From: Octopus vulgaris
Taxonomy: Eukaryota
Assembly: GCA_951406725.2 (NCBI GenBank)
Contig: OX597826.1
Span: forward strand, 1,984,001-2,048,000
DNA: 64,000 bases
Direction: 5' to 3'
Shown here: in pieces, positions 28,722-43,601 of the stretch
Numbering within the stretch: the first letter of the stretch is position 1
Layout of the letters: every line of letters begins with the position of its first letter
Translations under genes and position numbers: made by a program
The notes under the pieces: generated by a model
What the model was told of the DNA's origin: nothing
What the model saw: the letters and a program-made list of their open reading frames with translations, nothing else
Databases searched by the model: none

Positions 28722-28945
28722 AAGCGCATGACTCTGTGGTTAGAGTGTCGAGATCACAATAATGAGGTTTTGAGTTCGACACCAAGGACGGGTTGTGTGT
28801 TGTGTTCTTGAGCAAGACACTTTATTTCACTAAGTTACAGAAATGAGTTGGGACGTCACTGGTGGCCAAGCTGCATCGGCCTTTGCCTTACCTTTGGATA
28901 AACATCAGTGGCGTGGAGAGGGAGGCCGGTATGCATGGGCGACTG
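28722..28945 (+). mobile_element. tRNA-derived SINE (family C-like)
   Basis: GCGCATGACTCTGTGGTTAG...GAGTTCGAC...GTGTTCTTGAGCAAGACACTT. Confidence 0.6.
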
Positions 28946-28970
28946 ATAATATATATACACATATATGTGG

Positions 28971-29040
<70 letters not shown>

Positions 29041-29114
29041 GTATATATATATATATATATGTATATATACACAAATATACACACACATACATATATATAT
29101 ATATACATATGTAT

Positions 29115-29145
<31 letters not shown>

Positions 29146-29701
29146 CATATACATACATAATGCATATATATATATATATATACATCGATATATGTGCAAA
29201 TAAATTTTTACCTATACACGTGTAATTACACACACACACAAACACACTCATATACGAACACGCATTTATACGTATATATGTATATATCTCTCTCTATGAA
29301 CAAATAAGCGGGTGCAAATGTGGTGTACATGGTAACTATGTGTGTATGTATGTGTCTATGTGTATATATGTGCTGTGCCTGTTTGTGAACGGGTGAATGT
29401 CAAAGCCAGCATTAAGATGTCAAGGAAAGAGACTTGCATATTTATGCTATCAAATGCTTTAAATATCAAATCATCGCCGTTAATAGACACTGCAGGAGGC
29501 TTCTCAACGATATGCTTTTCCTTTCCTTTCTCTTCTAACGTACTTCTGCAAACCCACCCCACCATTCCTACTATAGCTACGACGACCACCACAGCCACCA
29601 CGACCACCAGCGCCACCACCACCACGATCGTAACCACCTCAACCACCATTATCTTTTCCTTTCGTCACTGCCGTGCGTTCTCCTCCTCCTCCTCCTCCTC
29701 C

Positions 29702-29732
<31 letters not shown>

Positions 29733-30414
29733 CACCACTACCCCCACCACCACCGCCAGCCCCACCACTACTCCACCACATCCCCGCCAGCCACCATGAT
29801 GAAGAGGAATATGATAATGATGACGATGATGATGACGATGATGATGATGACGACGACGACGATCATAATCATCATCACCATCACGATTAACACCACCACC
29901 ACCACAACCACCACCACCATCACCATCACCACCACCATCACCATCATCATCATCACCACCACCACCATCATCATTACCTTCATCGTCGCCGTCGTCGTCG
30001 TCACCAGGTCATTACCAACATCATTATTATTGCTAATTGTTGACATTCAGGTTATTGTGGATTACTTTTGCTGTTGTTAATGGCCTTCACCACCACCAAC
30101 ATCACTACCGCCACCACCAATTTCCTCTACTTCTTTTTCCTCTTCTTTTTTCTTCTTCACCAGCACCACCAGCACCGCCACCACCACCAATTTCTTCTTC
30201 TTCTTCTTCTTCTTCTTCTTCTTCTTCTTCTTCACCACCACTAGCACCATCACCACCATCACCACCACCACCACCACCACCACCACCACCATCACCACCA
30301 TCACCACCATCATCATCGCTATCATCATCGCTATCATCATCATCATCATCATCATCGTCGTCGTCGTCGTCGTCATCATCATCATCACCACCACCACCAC
30401 CACCATCATCATCG

Positions 30415-30450
<36 letters not shown>

Positions 30451-31829
30451 CCACCACCGTCGTCATTATTCACGTTCCCCTCTTAACGTATTAAACTTTT
30501 GATCGAAATGCAAACGAAAGAGGAATTATGTTTTTGCTATCAACATCAGGAATGGCTGAAGGCTGTGAATTGCTCATTGAAACAGCTAATTACGAGCGAA
30601 TAACAACAGCTACAACACAGCAACAACAACAACAACAAAAACAGCCTATAAAAAAGCAACGTCTAATAAGAGAGAAACTGTGGCAGTGACAACAACAATA
30701 ATACAACTAAGGTCGAGGAAATAACAGTAACAACTACTTCTACTACTACTACGATGATGATGATGATGGCGGTGGTGACGAAAGAATTGGAGAAAAGGAT
30801 GATGATGATGACGATGATGATGATGACGATGATGATGATGACGATGATGATGATGACGATGACGGTCATGTTGATGATGGCGACGAATGCGATGACGGTG
30901 GTGACCACAATAATGAGGAAGATGGAGATGAGGATGATGGTGATGATGAAACGAAGATGAAGATGACAACCATGCTGCTGCTGCTGATGATGATGATGAT
31001 GAGGCTGATGAAGATGAGTAATGATGCATAGCAATGGTGTAGCTGCTGCTGCTGCTGTTGCTGATGTTGGTGCTGCTGCTGCCGCTGCTTGATGGTGGTG
31101 ATGAAGATGATGAGGATGACAATTAAAGATTGTAACTTTAGCAGTAATTAAAAACATTAATTAGCTCCGACAACAACAACAACAATGGTGACTACAACAA
31201 CATCAACATCATTATCATCGTCATCATCATCAGTAACAAAAAGTACAAAAAAAAAAGAAAGCAAAACGAAAAAAAAGCCACACGAAGCATCACTATATGC
31301 GACAGGAGCAATGTCAGTGAACCAGTGAAACAAAAACGATAGCAACATTATGATTAGCAACAATATATTAGCAAAAAAAAAAAAAAAAAAAAAAAAAAGA
31401 GCGGCAGCCCCCCCCCCCTCAAAGCAAAAATAGCAACAAGAACAACCGTAACTGTTGCAACATTAGATGCAACAACGTCTGCAGAGTTATCTGCAGCAGC
31501 ATTATCAACATCAGTAACATAGTATAAAATATACATGTAGTACTGAGGAATAAGATGTGATGGTCATAGTTGGAACGTCTTAGAGATTGTATCAGCAGAA
31601 GAAGAGACAGGGCCAGTAAACTGTAGTCATTAATCTATAAATAACGTTCTAAAACTAAAGCGAGATGGTCACAACTGGAGCGTCTTTGTAAATTTGTGTC
31701 GCAGTCAAATGTTTTCGGGTTCGGCCCAACTGCGTGGCACTTTGGGTAAGAGTTTTCTACTATAGATTCGGGCCGACCAAAGCCTTCTGGATGGATTTGG
31801 TAGATGGAAACTGAAAGAAGCCTGTCATA

Positions 31830-31875
<46 letters not shown>

Positions 31876-32356
31876 TAAATAAAATAAAACATATGCATAC
31901 TTATAAACATATATGTACGTACCTACCTCTACATGTACATATACACGCATATATGAGTACAGGACACCAAAAGGACGTCGAACACAATGAGAAACGAAAA
32001 CATAGACACAAACCAAAGGAACTGGACATTTTTTTAAACAACAAAAATATAGAGTACAGGACAATTAACACAAAGAAAAAAAACCCTTCTTCAGTCGCTA
32101 TGGTTTCATCTACTCTACGTTTCGAAGGATAAAAGCGAGACGTATTTTCGACAAGAAACTTTCCTTCCTGCGAAAAGCAAATCAATTAAAATTCTGAGAT
32201 CTTTTCGCAGAGGGGTAAAAAATGGTAACAAAAACAGAACAGTAACGACAGTACAAATTATAAACAGTAAAAGACAGGACAAGGAAAAACAAGATAAGAA
32301 GGGCTGTTAACGCCGAACGAAAAAAAGTATTGCGAACATATATATATGTGTGTGCA

Positions 32357-32460
<104 letters not shown>

Positions 32461-32908
32461 TATGTTTGTCTTTTTGTCTGTGTTTGTGACCTCACCACTG
32501 CTTGGCAACCGCTGTTGGTATGTTTACGTCCCCGTAACAATGCGGTTCGGCTAAAGTGACCGACAGAATAAATACCGGCTTAAAAATGTCACAAGAGTCG
32601 ATTCATTCGTCTAAAATTTCATGCTGCAGCATGGCCGCAGTCTCAGGACCAAAACAACGAGAAGATAGAATATAAAGAGAGAAAATATAAACAGTTGTAG
32701 ATATGTAGAAATATATGGTTTTGGAAAAAGAAAAGGCGTGATGGTTACTTTTGGAGAGTCTTTAACAATATTTCTGTCGGAGTAGGCATGGGTGTGTGGC
32801 TAAGAAGCTCACTCTTCAACCATGTGGTTTTGAGTTCAGTCCTTTTGCAGAGAACCTTGGGCAAGGTTGACTGTTGTACATACATAGATACATACATACA
32901 TACATACA

Positions 32909-33031
<123 letters not shown>

Positions 33032-33060
33032 TAACAACAACAATAACAATAATAATAATA

Positions 33061-34118
33061 AGAAGAAGGAGAATGCATCATACTCAGTAACAAAACAGGC
33101 AAACGAATATTTAAGTGAATTCCAAATACAACAAATCATAGAATTAGACGTACTGGAAACAAGCACAGAAAAAGCTAAGCGTGTGAAAACCGGTGCTAAA
33201 ACTGCTTCTTTAGATATTCTTACTGATAAATGTCAAGAAAAACCTCTCAATGGCAAATACCCAAATAGAGATAATAGTGCCGATGTTGACAAACATCAAT
33301 GGTTAGTGTCTTCTGGCTTAAAATCAGAAACAGAAGGGTTTATCATAGCAGTCCAAGATCAATGCCTACGTACAAGAACCTACCAGGCCAACATATTAAA
33401 GAACATACCATTGGTCATGTTGTCTTCATGTGCAGTCTTCTTGCGCCTACATAGTATCTCAAAATGTATGATAGAGCAGCACAATATATTGGCTGGGTAA
33501 TTTGCAAAAGCCTGGACCTAACCCATGATAAAAAACTAGTGGGAGCACAAACCACCCCCAGTGCTTGAAAATGATCACATCTCATTCCTCTGGAACTTCA
33601 CCATTCAAGCTGACAGAAAGATAGATGCGAATAGTCCGGACATTATATTAAAAGACTTCAGACAAAAGTCATGCCTCCTCATTGATGTGACTGTCCCAAT
33701 CGAGATAAACGTATCTGTCAAGCCCTACCAAAAACCGAGCAAATATAAAGAGAGTATAAAGATCTTGAAATAGAAATTGGCAAAATGTGGAACCTGAAGA
33801 CTAAAACAATACCTGTTGTCATAGGTGTCCTTGGAATGATAGCAAAAGGGGCTGATTGAACCTAGCTCACATACCATGAAAACTCAAAAAGGCAGAAATT
33901 CTAAAGATAGTGCTCATGTCTATGTAATCTCAAATTTTAAAACAAACTCTTAATTTTCCTATGTTTTCTTAAACATTCTCTAGAACAATACTGTGCAAAA
34001 CTAAATATGCGACACCCTTGGCATAACACAAAGATGAACTTCTAACTTGTTGTCTCTTGAGGTCTCTGAGTGAGACTTGGAATCAATTTGTACAAATACA
34101 AAGCAAAAGTGAAACATA
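33061..34118 (+). mobile_element. 5'-truncated R4/Dong-clade LINE (RLE endonuclease end)
   Basis: WLVSSGLKSETEGFIIAVQDQ, LWNFTIQADRKIDANSPDIILKD..CLLIDVTVP (PD-D/E nuclease) and KYK..LEIEIGKMW..IPVVIG. (AAT)n upstream and (AAC)n downstream. Confidence 0.92.
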
Positions 34119-34144
34119 TAACAACAACAACAACAACAACAACA

Positions 34145-34497
34145 TTCAGAGAGCGCAAACTTCCGCCAAGGCAACACCGACGTCCTCTCAACGATTAACC
34201 AGAGAGGATTTTTAAAATGAGAATATCTGAAATAAACTCGACTGCTCTCACAAACGAGAATATTAAAAATGAACCCGACCGCACTAATAAATTAACTAAA
34301 AAAAAAAAAACAGGAAAAAATAATCCAGAATCTTTGTCCGGCACCGGATCGATCCCAAAATCTTATCAGTTTGTGCCACTCACGAGGCCAAACATCACTG
34401 AAAGTTTCATCTGAATCTATCCAGCGCTTCTTGAGATATCTTGTCCACAGACAAACAAACAAACAAATACAAACAAACACGACTGAAAACAATATCA
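34145..34497 (+). mobile_element. Non-autonomous Helentron/HINE-like element, 3' truncated
   Basis: TCAGAGAGCGCAAACTTCCGCCAAGGC start, AAGTTTCATC...TTGAGATATCTTG, ACAGACAAACAAAC tetramer tract and GAAAACAAT, which is the typical HINE-like layout. Confidence 0.6.
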
Positions 34498-34499
34498 CA

Positions 34500-34947
<448 letters not shown>

Positions 34948-35329
34948 TGGCACCAGCGCCACACCTACCACATCTATCGTCATCACCACAACTATCACCA
35001 AAATCGCCGCCGTCGCTGCAACCACCACCACCACCACCACCACCACCACCAGCACCACCACCAAAACCACCACCAACTTCATTAACATCATCAGCAACAA
35101 TGGCCCCAGCAGCAACAGCAATTCATCTCCATTAAGGTGCACATTTAAATCTGATAACGACCTCCTCCTCCTCCTCCTCCTCATCATCATCATCATCGAC
35201 ATAGTAAAAGACGAAAATCTGACATTAAAATTCAACACCTACATTGGATCCGCCATCGTTATATTCATCTTCCATTCCAATATTTTAGCGACTCCCCTTC
35301 CCCGCTGCCATTGCCACCGCCACCCCCAC

Positions 35330-35890
35330 GCTTCGACTTCTTTTCGGGGTCGATAAATCACTGGGGTTGATCTAATCGACTGGCCTCCTCTTCCGAAATT
35401 CCTGGCCTTGTGCGTAGAGTAGAAAAGAATATTTATATGCTATAAAGCGGCGAGCTGGCAGACACGTTAGCACACCGGGCGAAGTGCTTAGCGGCATTTC
35501 GTCCGTCTTTACTTTCTGAATCCAAATTCTCCCCGAGGTCGACTTTGTATTTCATCCTTTCGGAGTCGATAAAAACGTACCAGTTGAATACTGGAGATCG
35601 ATGTAATCGACTTAGCCCCTTCCCTGGAATTGCTGGCCTTGTGTCAAAAATGTGAAACTAATGTTTTATAGGATTTAAAGTGGCCAACTGGCAGAATCGT
35701 TTACACGCCGAGCAAAATACTAATCGGCATTCCGTCAGTTTTTATGTCCCGAGTTCAAATTTCACCGCGCTTAACTTTGCCTTTCATCATTTCGGGGTCG
35801 ATAAAATAAGTACCAGTTGAGACGCAGGGGTCAATGTAATCGACCTAACCTCGACTAAAATTGCTGACCTTGTCACAAAATTTGAAACCG
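35330..35890 (+). mobile_element. Three tandem SINE family B copies with the alternative tail
   Basis: Repeated TTCGGGGTCGATAAA..CCAGTTGA..GATGTAATCGAC...TGGCCTTGTG units. Confidence 0.8.
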
Positions 35891-36753
35891 ACACTTTAAT
35901 ACATTATAGGATTCGAAACCTAACATGCTTATTCTAACCTTCTATGTGGTTTATTTTCACTTTCAGAATCTTTTTTTTCCTTTAATTTTGTACCCGTTGT
36001 ATTGTTCTAAATTTTTCTGCTGTATATTCTTTTACATATTTAGTAGTAAAAAGGTTTTGTCTGACACAATTTTGGCTTATGGTACTTGAGACACTATATA
36101 TAGCCTTAAAAAACATTTTTATAGTTAGCGAGTTCTCAGTGTTATTTAAGCAACATTATCCAAATAGCTATCATTATATATCGAAATCATCCTATAGAAT
36201 TATTGAATTAAATACTTTTCCTTTAATTTATATATAAAAGTAAACACATGTCTATAGTTAATATTATATCTTAATTTTATTCATATAAAATATTTTGAAA
36301 TAAAAATTAATTTTATATTCACCCTAAACTATTTTAAATTGAGACAGTGAACAACACTTGTAAGTGGGAAAGCGCTGCAGTCTAAAGACATCATTTTTAA
36401 TGTATCATTAAAATACGTTTTTTCATATTTTAATATCAATAGGTTTACCATTAATTTCAGAGTTCTATTTTGGTATTATGTACTTGAAATGGTAACATAC
36501 ATACGTGTGTATGTGCGTGTGTGTGCATATATATGTGTGTGTGTGTGAGTGTGTGTGTGTGTGCGTGTATGTGTATATGTGTGTAAGTGCGTGTGTGTAT
36601 ATATATACATATACATATATGCATACACACATACACACACATATATATCTCTATATATAGGGGAGCATTCACAAAAAACTAAAGAAAACAAAAGACGAAG
36701 ACAGTTGGTGAAGATAACAAATATATTAGTTTAACGCTGGGGAAGTGAAAAAG

Positions 36754-36792
36754 TCTTTAACGTTTCGAGCCTACGCTCTTCCACAGAAAAGA
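36754..36792 (-). ncRNA. HHR-like motif with non-canonical core CUGUGGA
   Basis: rc: TCTTTT-CTGTGGA-A-GAGC GTAG GCTC-GAA-ACGT-T-AAAGA. Confidence 0.5.
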
Positions 36793-36856
36793 ACACAGAA
36801 AGAAACAAGAAGAGAAAATAAAGTAGTGGTAATCCCAAAACGAAGGTGAGTGTGTG

Positions 36857-36888
<32 letters not shown>

Positions 36889-37413
36889 TGTATGTATGTA
36901 TGTATGTATGTATTTATGTATGTATGTATGTATGTATGTATTTATACATATATATGTATATATATTTTGCTTATATCCGGAAGAAACGACACGTATAAAT
37001 AAATAGAAATACGAAAATAATTTGTGAATTGATTGACAGGACGGATACAATGTTAAATCCAAAAGAGGTAATGTTTAAAACCATAAATATATTACATAAA
37101 TGTTCACCTGGAACCTTTGCAGGAATTGACGCTAAAAGCAGAGATTTTACAAGAGCTATTAAACATGTGATAAAGACTATCTTTCTTTTCTTATTTGTTT
37201 CATATTTTAGTCTTCGCTAAACCCACACAACTATTAAACCGATGGTGACACCTAGGTTTTATACACCTGTAGAACTGTAGTCTCACTTAAGACTACAAGC
37301 ACGGGTTGAGTGCTGCTCTGGGAATACTCTATCTTTCTAGCCTTCCAGGACATCAATATTTCTTGCTCTATACTTGATATAAACCTTGTATTCTGAAACA
37401 CACACACACACAC

Positions 37414-37457
<44 letters not shown>

Positions 37458-37581
37458 TATATATACACACACATATACATACAGACATAAACACACACAC
37501 GCTCTCTCTCTCTCTCTCACACACACACATATGTAATGTAATATAATCTATACAGTGGTTTAGCAGCGACATCTACCAAGC

Positions 37582-37639
37582 CCAAGCTATTTCAGACTGA
37601 TGAAGAGAAATTACCCTGAAACTAGTCTCTGAAAGCTGG
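37582..37639 (+). ncRNA. Type I minimal HHR, canonical core
   Basis: TTTCAGA-CTGATGA-AGAG AAATTA CCCT-GAA-ACTAGT-C-TCTGAAA. Perfect 7-bp stem I extendable by AGC/GCT, GUC site at 37625-37627, one mismatch in stem II. Confidence 0.85.
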
Positions 37640-37963
37640 CTTTGTTAGGTGGAGGTGATTATCTCCCCTGTTTGAAAACTTATGGACATAGAACGTTTGT
37701 GTCGCGTAGCCAACTAGAAACAGTGTTTCTCGGGGATAAATGGCACTAACATTCTTCCCTTTCCTGGGACTGCTACACTAAGTTGGCAACAAGTTATCAC
37801 TTTATATATATATATATCAATACGGAGCAAATAATTTAGGAGAAAATATATTTGCGAAGATATCATTGATTCTATTATTATCTAGTGCAACAATCAAAAA
37901 TCATAACAACGGAATCGATAATAGAGGCGATTGCAGGTCTCCCTAAAAGCATCAAATAGGGGA

Positions 37964-38148
37964 AGGATTAAAATTAATCAAAGGACATACTAAGTATGTC
38001 TACCTGCTGGAAAAAACATTCAAAACTCTTATTTAAATCACCAAAATAGTAAAAAAATCATTGTATTTCGTCGATTTAAATAAGAGTCTTGACTGTTATT
38101 TCTAGCAGGTAGATATACTCAGGATGTCCTTCGATTAATTTTAATCCT
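37964..38148. repeat. Foldback inverted repeat (MITE-like), 76-bp arms and 33-bp spacer
   Basis: 37964-38039 versus the rc of 38073-38148, about 8 mismatches. Confidence 0.9.
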
Positions 38149-38166
38149 GCAGTTATATATATATAC

Positions 38167-38214
<48 letters not shown>

Positions 38215-38218
<4 letters not shown>

Positions 38219-38330
38219 GGAGTAAACACATAAATGTGAAACAAGGTGGAAAAAAAACTGTCTGATGAACGGCAACGAGAAACTCAGAGTAACAGATTTT
38301 GCTGAATTTTCTGCTGCTTAAAATAAAGTA
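38215..38330 (+). mobile_element. pLTR-like repeat with HHR (38257-38295)
   Basis: CTGT-CTGATGA-A CG GCAA CG A-GAA-ACTCAGAGT-A-ACAG. Same family as 11380. Inserted in (TA)n. Confidence 0.7.
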
Positions 38331-38373
38331 TATATATATATATATATGTAAATGCCGATGTATATACACACAA

Positions 38374-38407
<34 letters not shown>

Positions 38408-39404
38408 ATACGTATGTTTACTGATACGCACGCGCACACACACATCTATTGTACTTTGTCTTTTCTCTTTGATTTGTTTCAGTTATTGGAATGCGGCCAT
38501 GCTGGTGCACCCCTTGAAAGGTTTGATCGAAGAAATCTACTGCAGTACAAAATTTTTTAAACCTAGAACTTACTCTATCGCACTTTTTTTTACCGAACGC
38601 TACGCCATGGGGATGCAAACAAACCAACTCTGATTGTGATGCGAAACAAAGAAAAATATACATACACATATATACATACATGCATGCGTACATACATACA
38701 CACACACGCATATAGAAATATATAGACATATACACATGTGTATAGTAGTTTTACAAGGAAAATGTTGAAGCCATCGGGGATTCACTTAGACATCTTCGCC
38801 AGATGGTCTTATAAGAGAAAAGAAAAAAAATGAATCCAACATTCGTAGTTACTATCAAACATTACATCGTAGAAATATAATATATGAAATAATCTACTTA
38901 AATATATTGAGTGATCTTTCAATCTAAAAACAATTCACTTCATCCAGTTTTATATAGGTTCCACGTTCGAATACAATTAATTGCCGTCAGCGAAGACATA
39001 CTCTCGCATACAAAGCTAATCCGGTCTTCATTTGCTAAATGTTGAGTTCACTCCCTTTTATATGTGTATGAAAGACTAGGATTTGTTTCCTACTGCTTTT
39101 ATTAATAACGAAATGATTAAGACGACATCGTAGCAAGAGGACAACATGCCCTGAGGCTTATTGAATTTAAACATCGCTGTTGTGGACTTTGACTTTCATT
39201 CATTTGGGATCGATAATATTAAAACCAATCGAGTACTGAGGCCAATTTAATCATCAGTGTCCTCCCTGAAGTTTCTTGCCTAGTGGCAAGGTTCGAAAAC
39301 ATTACACTCACACACGCATTACAAAATGCACACACAAAGTATACACACAAACGTATATTGGCACATTATAGACAAACATAAGCATATGTTGTGTGTTTGT
39401 GTGA

Positions 39405-39484
<80 letters not shown>

Positions 39485-39573
39485 GTAATTTATGATGCTG
39501 TAATTAAAAAAAATGTAACTGAACTGTAATTTAAAAGAGAAATTGAAATACATTTAAATGTATATGTATGTGC

Positions 39574-39626
<53 letters not shown>

Positions 39627-39669
39627 CATATATGCATGTGTGTATTATACATGGATCTATGTGTGCAAG

Positions 39670-39721
<52 letters not shown>

Positions 39722-39846
39722 ATTGTGTGCGTGTGTGTGTGTTTGCGTATAAATTTCATACCTTTATTTTCTTTTTACTAGCTTTTCTTTCACTGGCTGT
39801 GGTCATGCTGGGGCAGAAACTTTAGAGACTTTAGATTATTAATCGT

Positions 39847-39899
<53 letters not shown>

Positions 39900-40117
39900 C
39901 ATACATATATACATATATGTATATACGCATATATATCAATCTATCTCTCTATCTATCTATCTAAAGTTTTCGCACACTGCCTCTATCAAAATTCTATTGA
40001 GCAAGACTCATAAAGAGGTTAGTCGTTGACATTTGCTCAAAACGGCGGCCAGGACTATACAAGCACATAATCACCCGCACCCCACCCCCACACCCGTACA
40101 CAGACAAACCCACGCAT

Positions 40118-40164
<47 letters not shown>

Positions 40165-40168
40165 CACA

Positions 40169-40214
<46 letters not shown>

Positions 40215-40936
40215 CACAAACATATATATATATATATATACATACATATATATAGTCATATATACCTACCTATCTACATACATACATACATACATATATA
40301 TATTAACACACATATATATTTACGCATATATACCTCCATAATACATACATATACATATATAGTTTTATATACGCACACACGTAGATACATAGCTACAGAC
40401 ATATGTACACACATGCATACATACAAAGTAAACGTACATACATATATCATTCTTAAACGAGTGACAGTGACATCAAAATTTGTGTCAGTTAAGCCACAGT
40501 CGACAGTCCGACGATGGCTAAACTAGCCCAGCCTTCGAAGTCACTGTTGATGATATTCTTGTATAACTATAATAAATTCATACTCTACAAAATGTATAGC
40601 GTACCCATCAGGTTGATTTAAAATTCTTTTTATTATAACGAAGATGAAAGCAAATATTAATACATAAATATAAATATATAAGTGTGTGTGTGTGCGTGTG
40701 CGTGTATATATATATATATATATATATATACATACATATATGTTTAAGTGCGTGGTTGAGAATATACCTAAAATGTATTCATATAATATAATATATTATC
40801 ATTGTCATAATATATATATATATACATCTATATAATATATGTATACACATATATATATATATACATATATATATAAATTAATAACGATGATATATTGCAT
40901 TATATGTATACGTTTCAAGTATATGCACAGACAAGC

Positions 40937-41009
<73 letters not shown>

Positions 41010-41095
41010 GATATATACTTATATATACACATATATATAATAATGATAATATATTACATTATATGTATACATCTGAAGTATATACGCAAACACGC

Positions 41096-41150
<55 letters not shown>

Positions 41151-43136
41151 CATATATACGTACATACATACATACATACATACATACATACATACATACA
41201 TACATACATACACAAAACAAAAAATATATATATATATATATATACTTCTGTGAATACATAGATGTATATATAAAACATATATTTCTCTAAAATACTGTTT
41301 TACTTAATTCCATTTATTAATAGAATATTTATTTATTTTATTTTACATTCATTTTATTTTTTTAAAAACTTCTACAAACTAATAACACGAAGCCCGAAAT
41401 AAAACGACTTATAACGACAATGTTTATACGTTTTAAGTATGTTTAAAATATTTAGCAGTTTATAAGAATTTTATTTATTAGTTATGTATTGTATTAAGTC
41501 TTTAGTTTATTTTTTTCCTTCAGATTTTCTATGTTAAGAATGAATCTAACATTTCCCGCGTTATTTGTAATATTTTGTGTGTCTGTATTTTCTTGTGACA
41601 TATTTTTGGCTATATTTATTAAATATACTTAAGTAGCAAATTTACTACTACTCAGCATAATTCTAATCGTGTTTGGAATTGGCTTTTTAGGTTATATACG
41701 AAAATATATGTGTATGCTGGAAAGTATGTATGTATGTTTGTGTATGTGCATATATGTATGTATGTATGAATGTATGTATGTATGTATGTGTGTATGTGTG
41801 TATGTGTGTATGTACGTATGTATGTATGTGTATGCAGGAAAGTATGTATGTATATAGGTATGTGTGTGTATGTATTTGTGTGTGAGTAAGTATGTATGTC
41901 TATCTGTCTGTCTGTCTTTCTCTCTCTATCTATGTTTTGTGTGTGTGTATATATGTGTGTGTGTGTATGCATGTGTGTTGGTATATATAATGAAATTATT
42001 AATAATTAGAAATTATACATACATGAGTTCTTATATATATATGTATATATATATATACACACACACATATATATACACATACATACACACATATATGTGT
42101 GTGTGTATACGTGAATGTGTGTATCTATAGGTCTCTCTCTGTCTGTATATATATATATATATATAAACCCACCTACATACTTGCGTACCTACCTACCTAC
42201 CTACCCAAATACATACGCACACACATACATACACGCATACACACATGATGATGGTAGTGTGTCATAGTCTGAGAAAGACGGTTCCGCTATTTCTTGCTGG
42301 AAATCATATATAATGAACGATGATCATAGGTGATCATCACCCATGATAAAAAGTGGAAGAGCAGACGCTCCAATTCGTGTCGGACAAAAGCTGGGGCGGG
42401 GCGCGACGGTTAGGTGGCAAAAAAACCCCAGAAATTTTGAGAGGAGGAGCAAGGGGATTACATCGATCCTACTGCGTAGATTGTGCTTCATTTAATGGAC
42501 CAAGACAAGACAAGACAAAAGGCATCGATGAGCTCAGCGGCATTTGAACTGAGAACTTAAAAATCAACAAGAAATTATGTTAATCGTTTTGTCGGAGGCG
42601 TTAATGAGGCTGGCAATTCACACAGCCCAGTATCAATTCAGTTGTCACTCATTGACATTATACAACCCACATAAGATATAGAGGAAAATCTCCATTCCAT
42701 TCTGTCTTGAAACACGGTTCACCCAAAACACACTCATCGCCCCTAAAAATAACACAACACAACGCAATTTGCATGTTGTCTACACAACAAAGAGGTAAAA
42801 CTTGCAGGAACCCCCTCACATCTCACACTCCACACCCTAAGCAACCCCCCCCCCAAAAAAAAAAACTAAAGCAAAAAAGGAATTCTACAACAATGCAAAA
42901 GTAATGTAGAAATGTAATCACAGTTCTTCATATCTGTAGAAGACAAACCTTCATACGCTTCTAGAACTCGGGGGAGCAGACGATGTTGCAGTTGAAAATT
43001 GCATGAAACGGAAGAGAATATGATCGTGTCAATAACAACAATAACAATAGCAACGACGACGACGACGACGATGATGGTGATGATGTTGATGATGGTGATG
43101 ATGTTGATGATGACACCAACAACAGAAATAATGATG

Positions 43137-43183
<47 letters not shown>

Positions 43184-43517
43184 TAATAATAATAATAATA
43201 AATAATAACAAAAAAATGATGATGATGATGATGGTGATGATTATAATTTCTTTCAGTGGCTACAAGGGCCTAATACGTTTGGGGATAACAAGGACGAAAT
43301 GAAAAAAAAAGACACAAAAACTGTGAGCATTTATACTGAGTAAAAGGGACGAAATAAACATGAACAATAAGAAAAAAACAATATTTACAAACAACAATAA
43401 ATAGGGATAACAATTAACAAAACAGCAAAAACATATCAACAACGATGATAACGATGATGATGATGAGTATGTTGTTGTTGATGATGATGATAACGATGAT
43501 GATGATGGTGAGGATGA

Positions 43518-43601
<84 letters not shown>

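Noticed and set aside
32080-32130. Possible permuted (type II) HHR on minus: CCTTC-GAAACGTA...CTGAAGA-AGGG
   Set aside because: Stem I does not pair in this copy. A family consensus is needed.
37108-37216. Minus-strand hydrophobic ORF segment as an exon (RKIVFITCLIALVKSLLLASIP)
   Set aside because: Weak donor (GTGAAC) and acceptor, and no in-frame start.
40500-40550. HHR-like fold (8-bp stem I, CCGACGA, stem II, palindromic CTTCGAAG, GUC)
   Set aside because: The essential GAAA is replaced by CAGC. Counted only as a decayed remnant.
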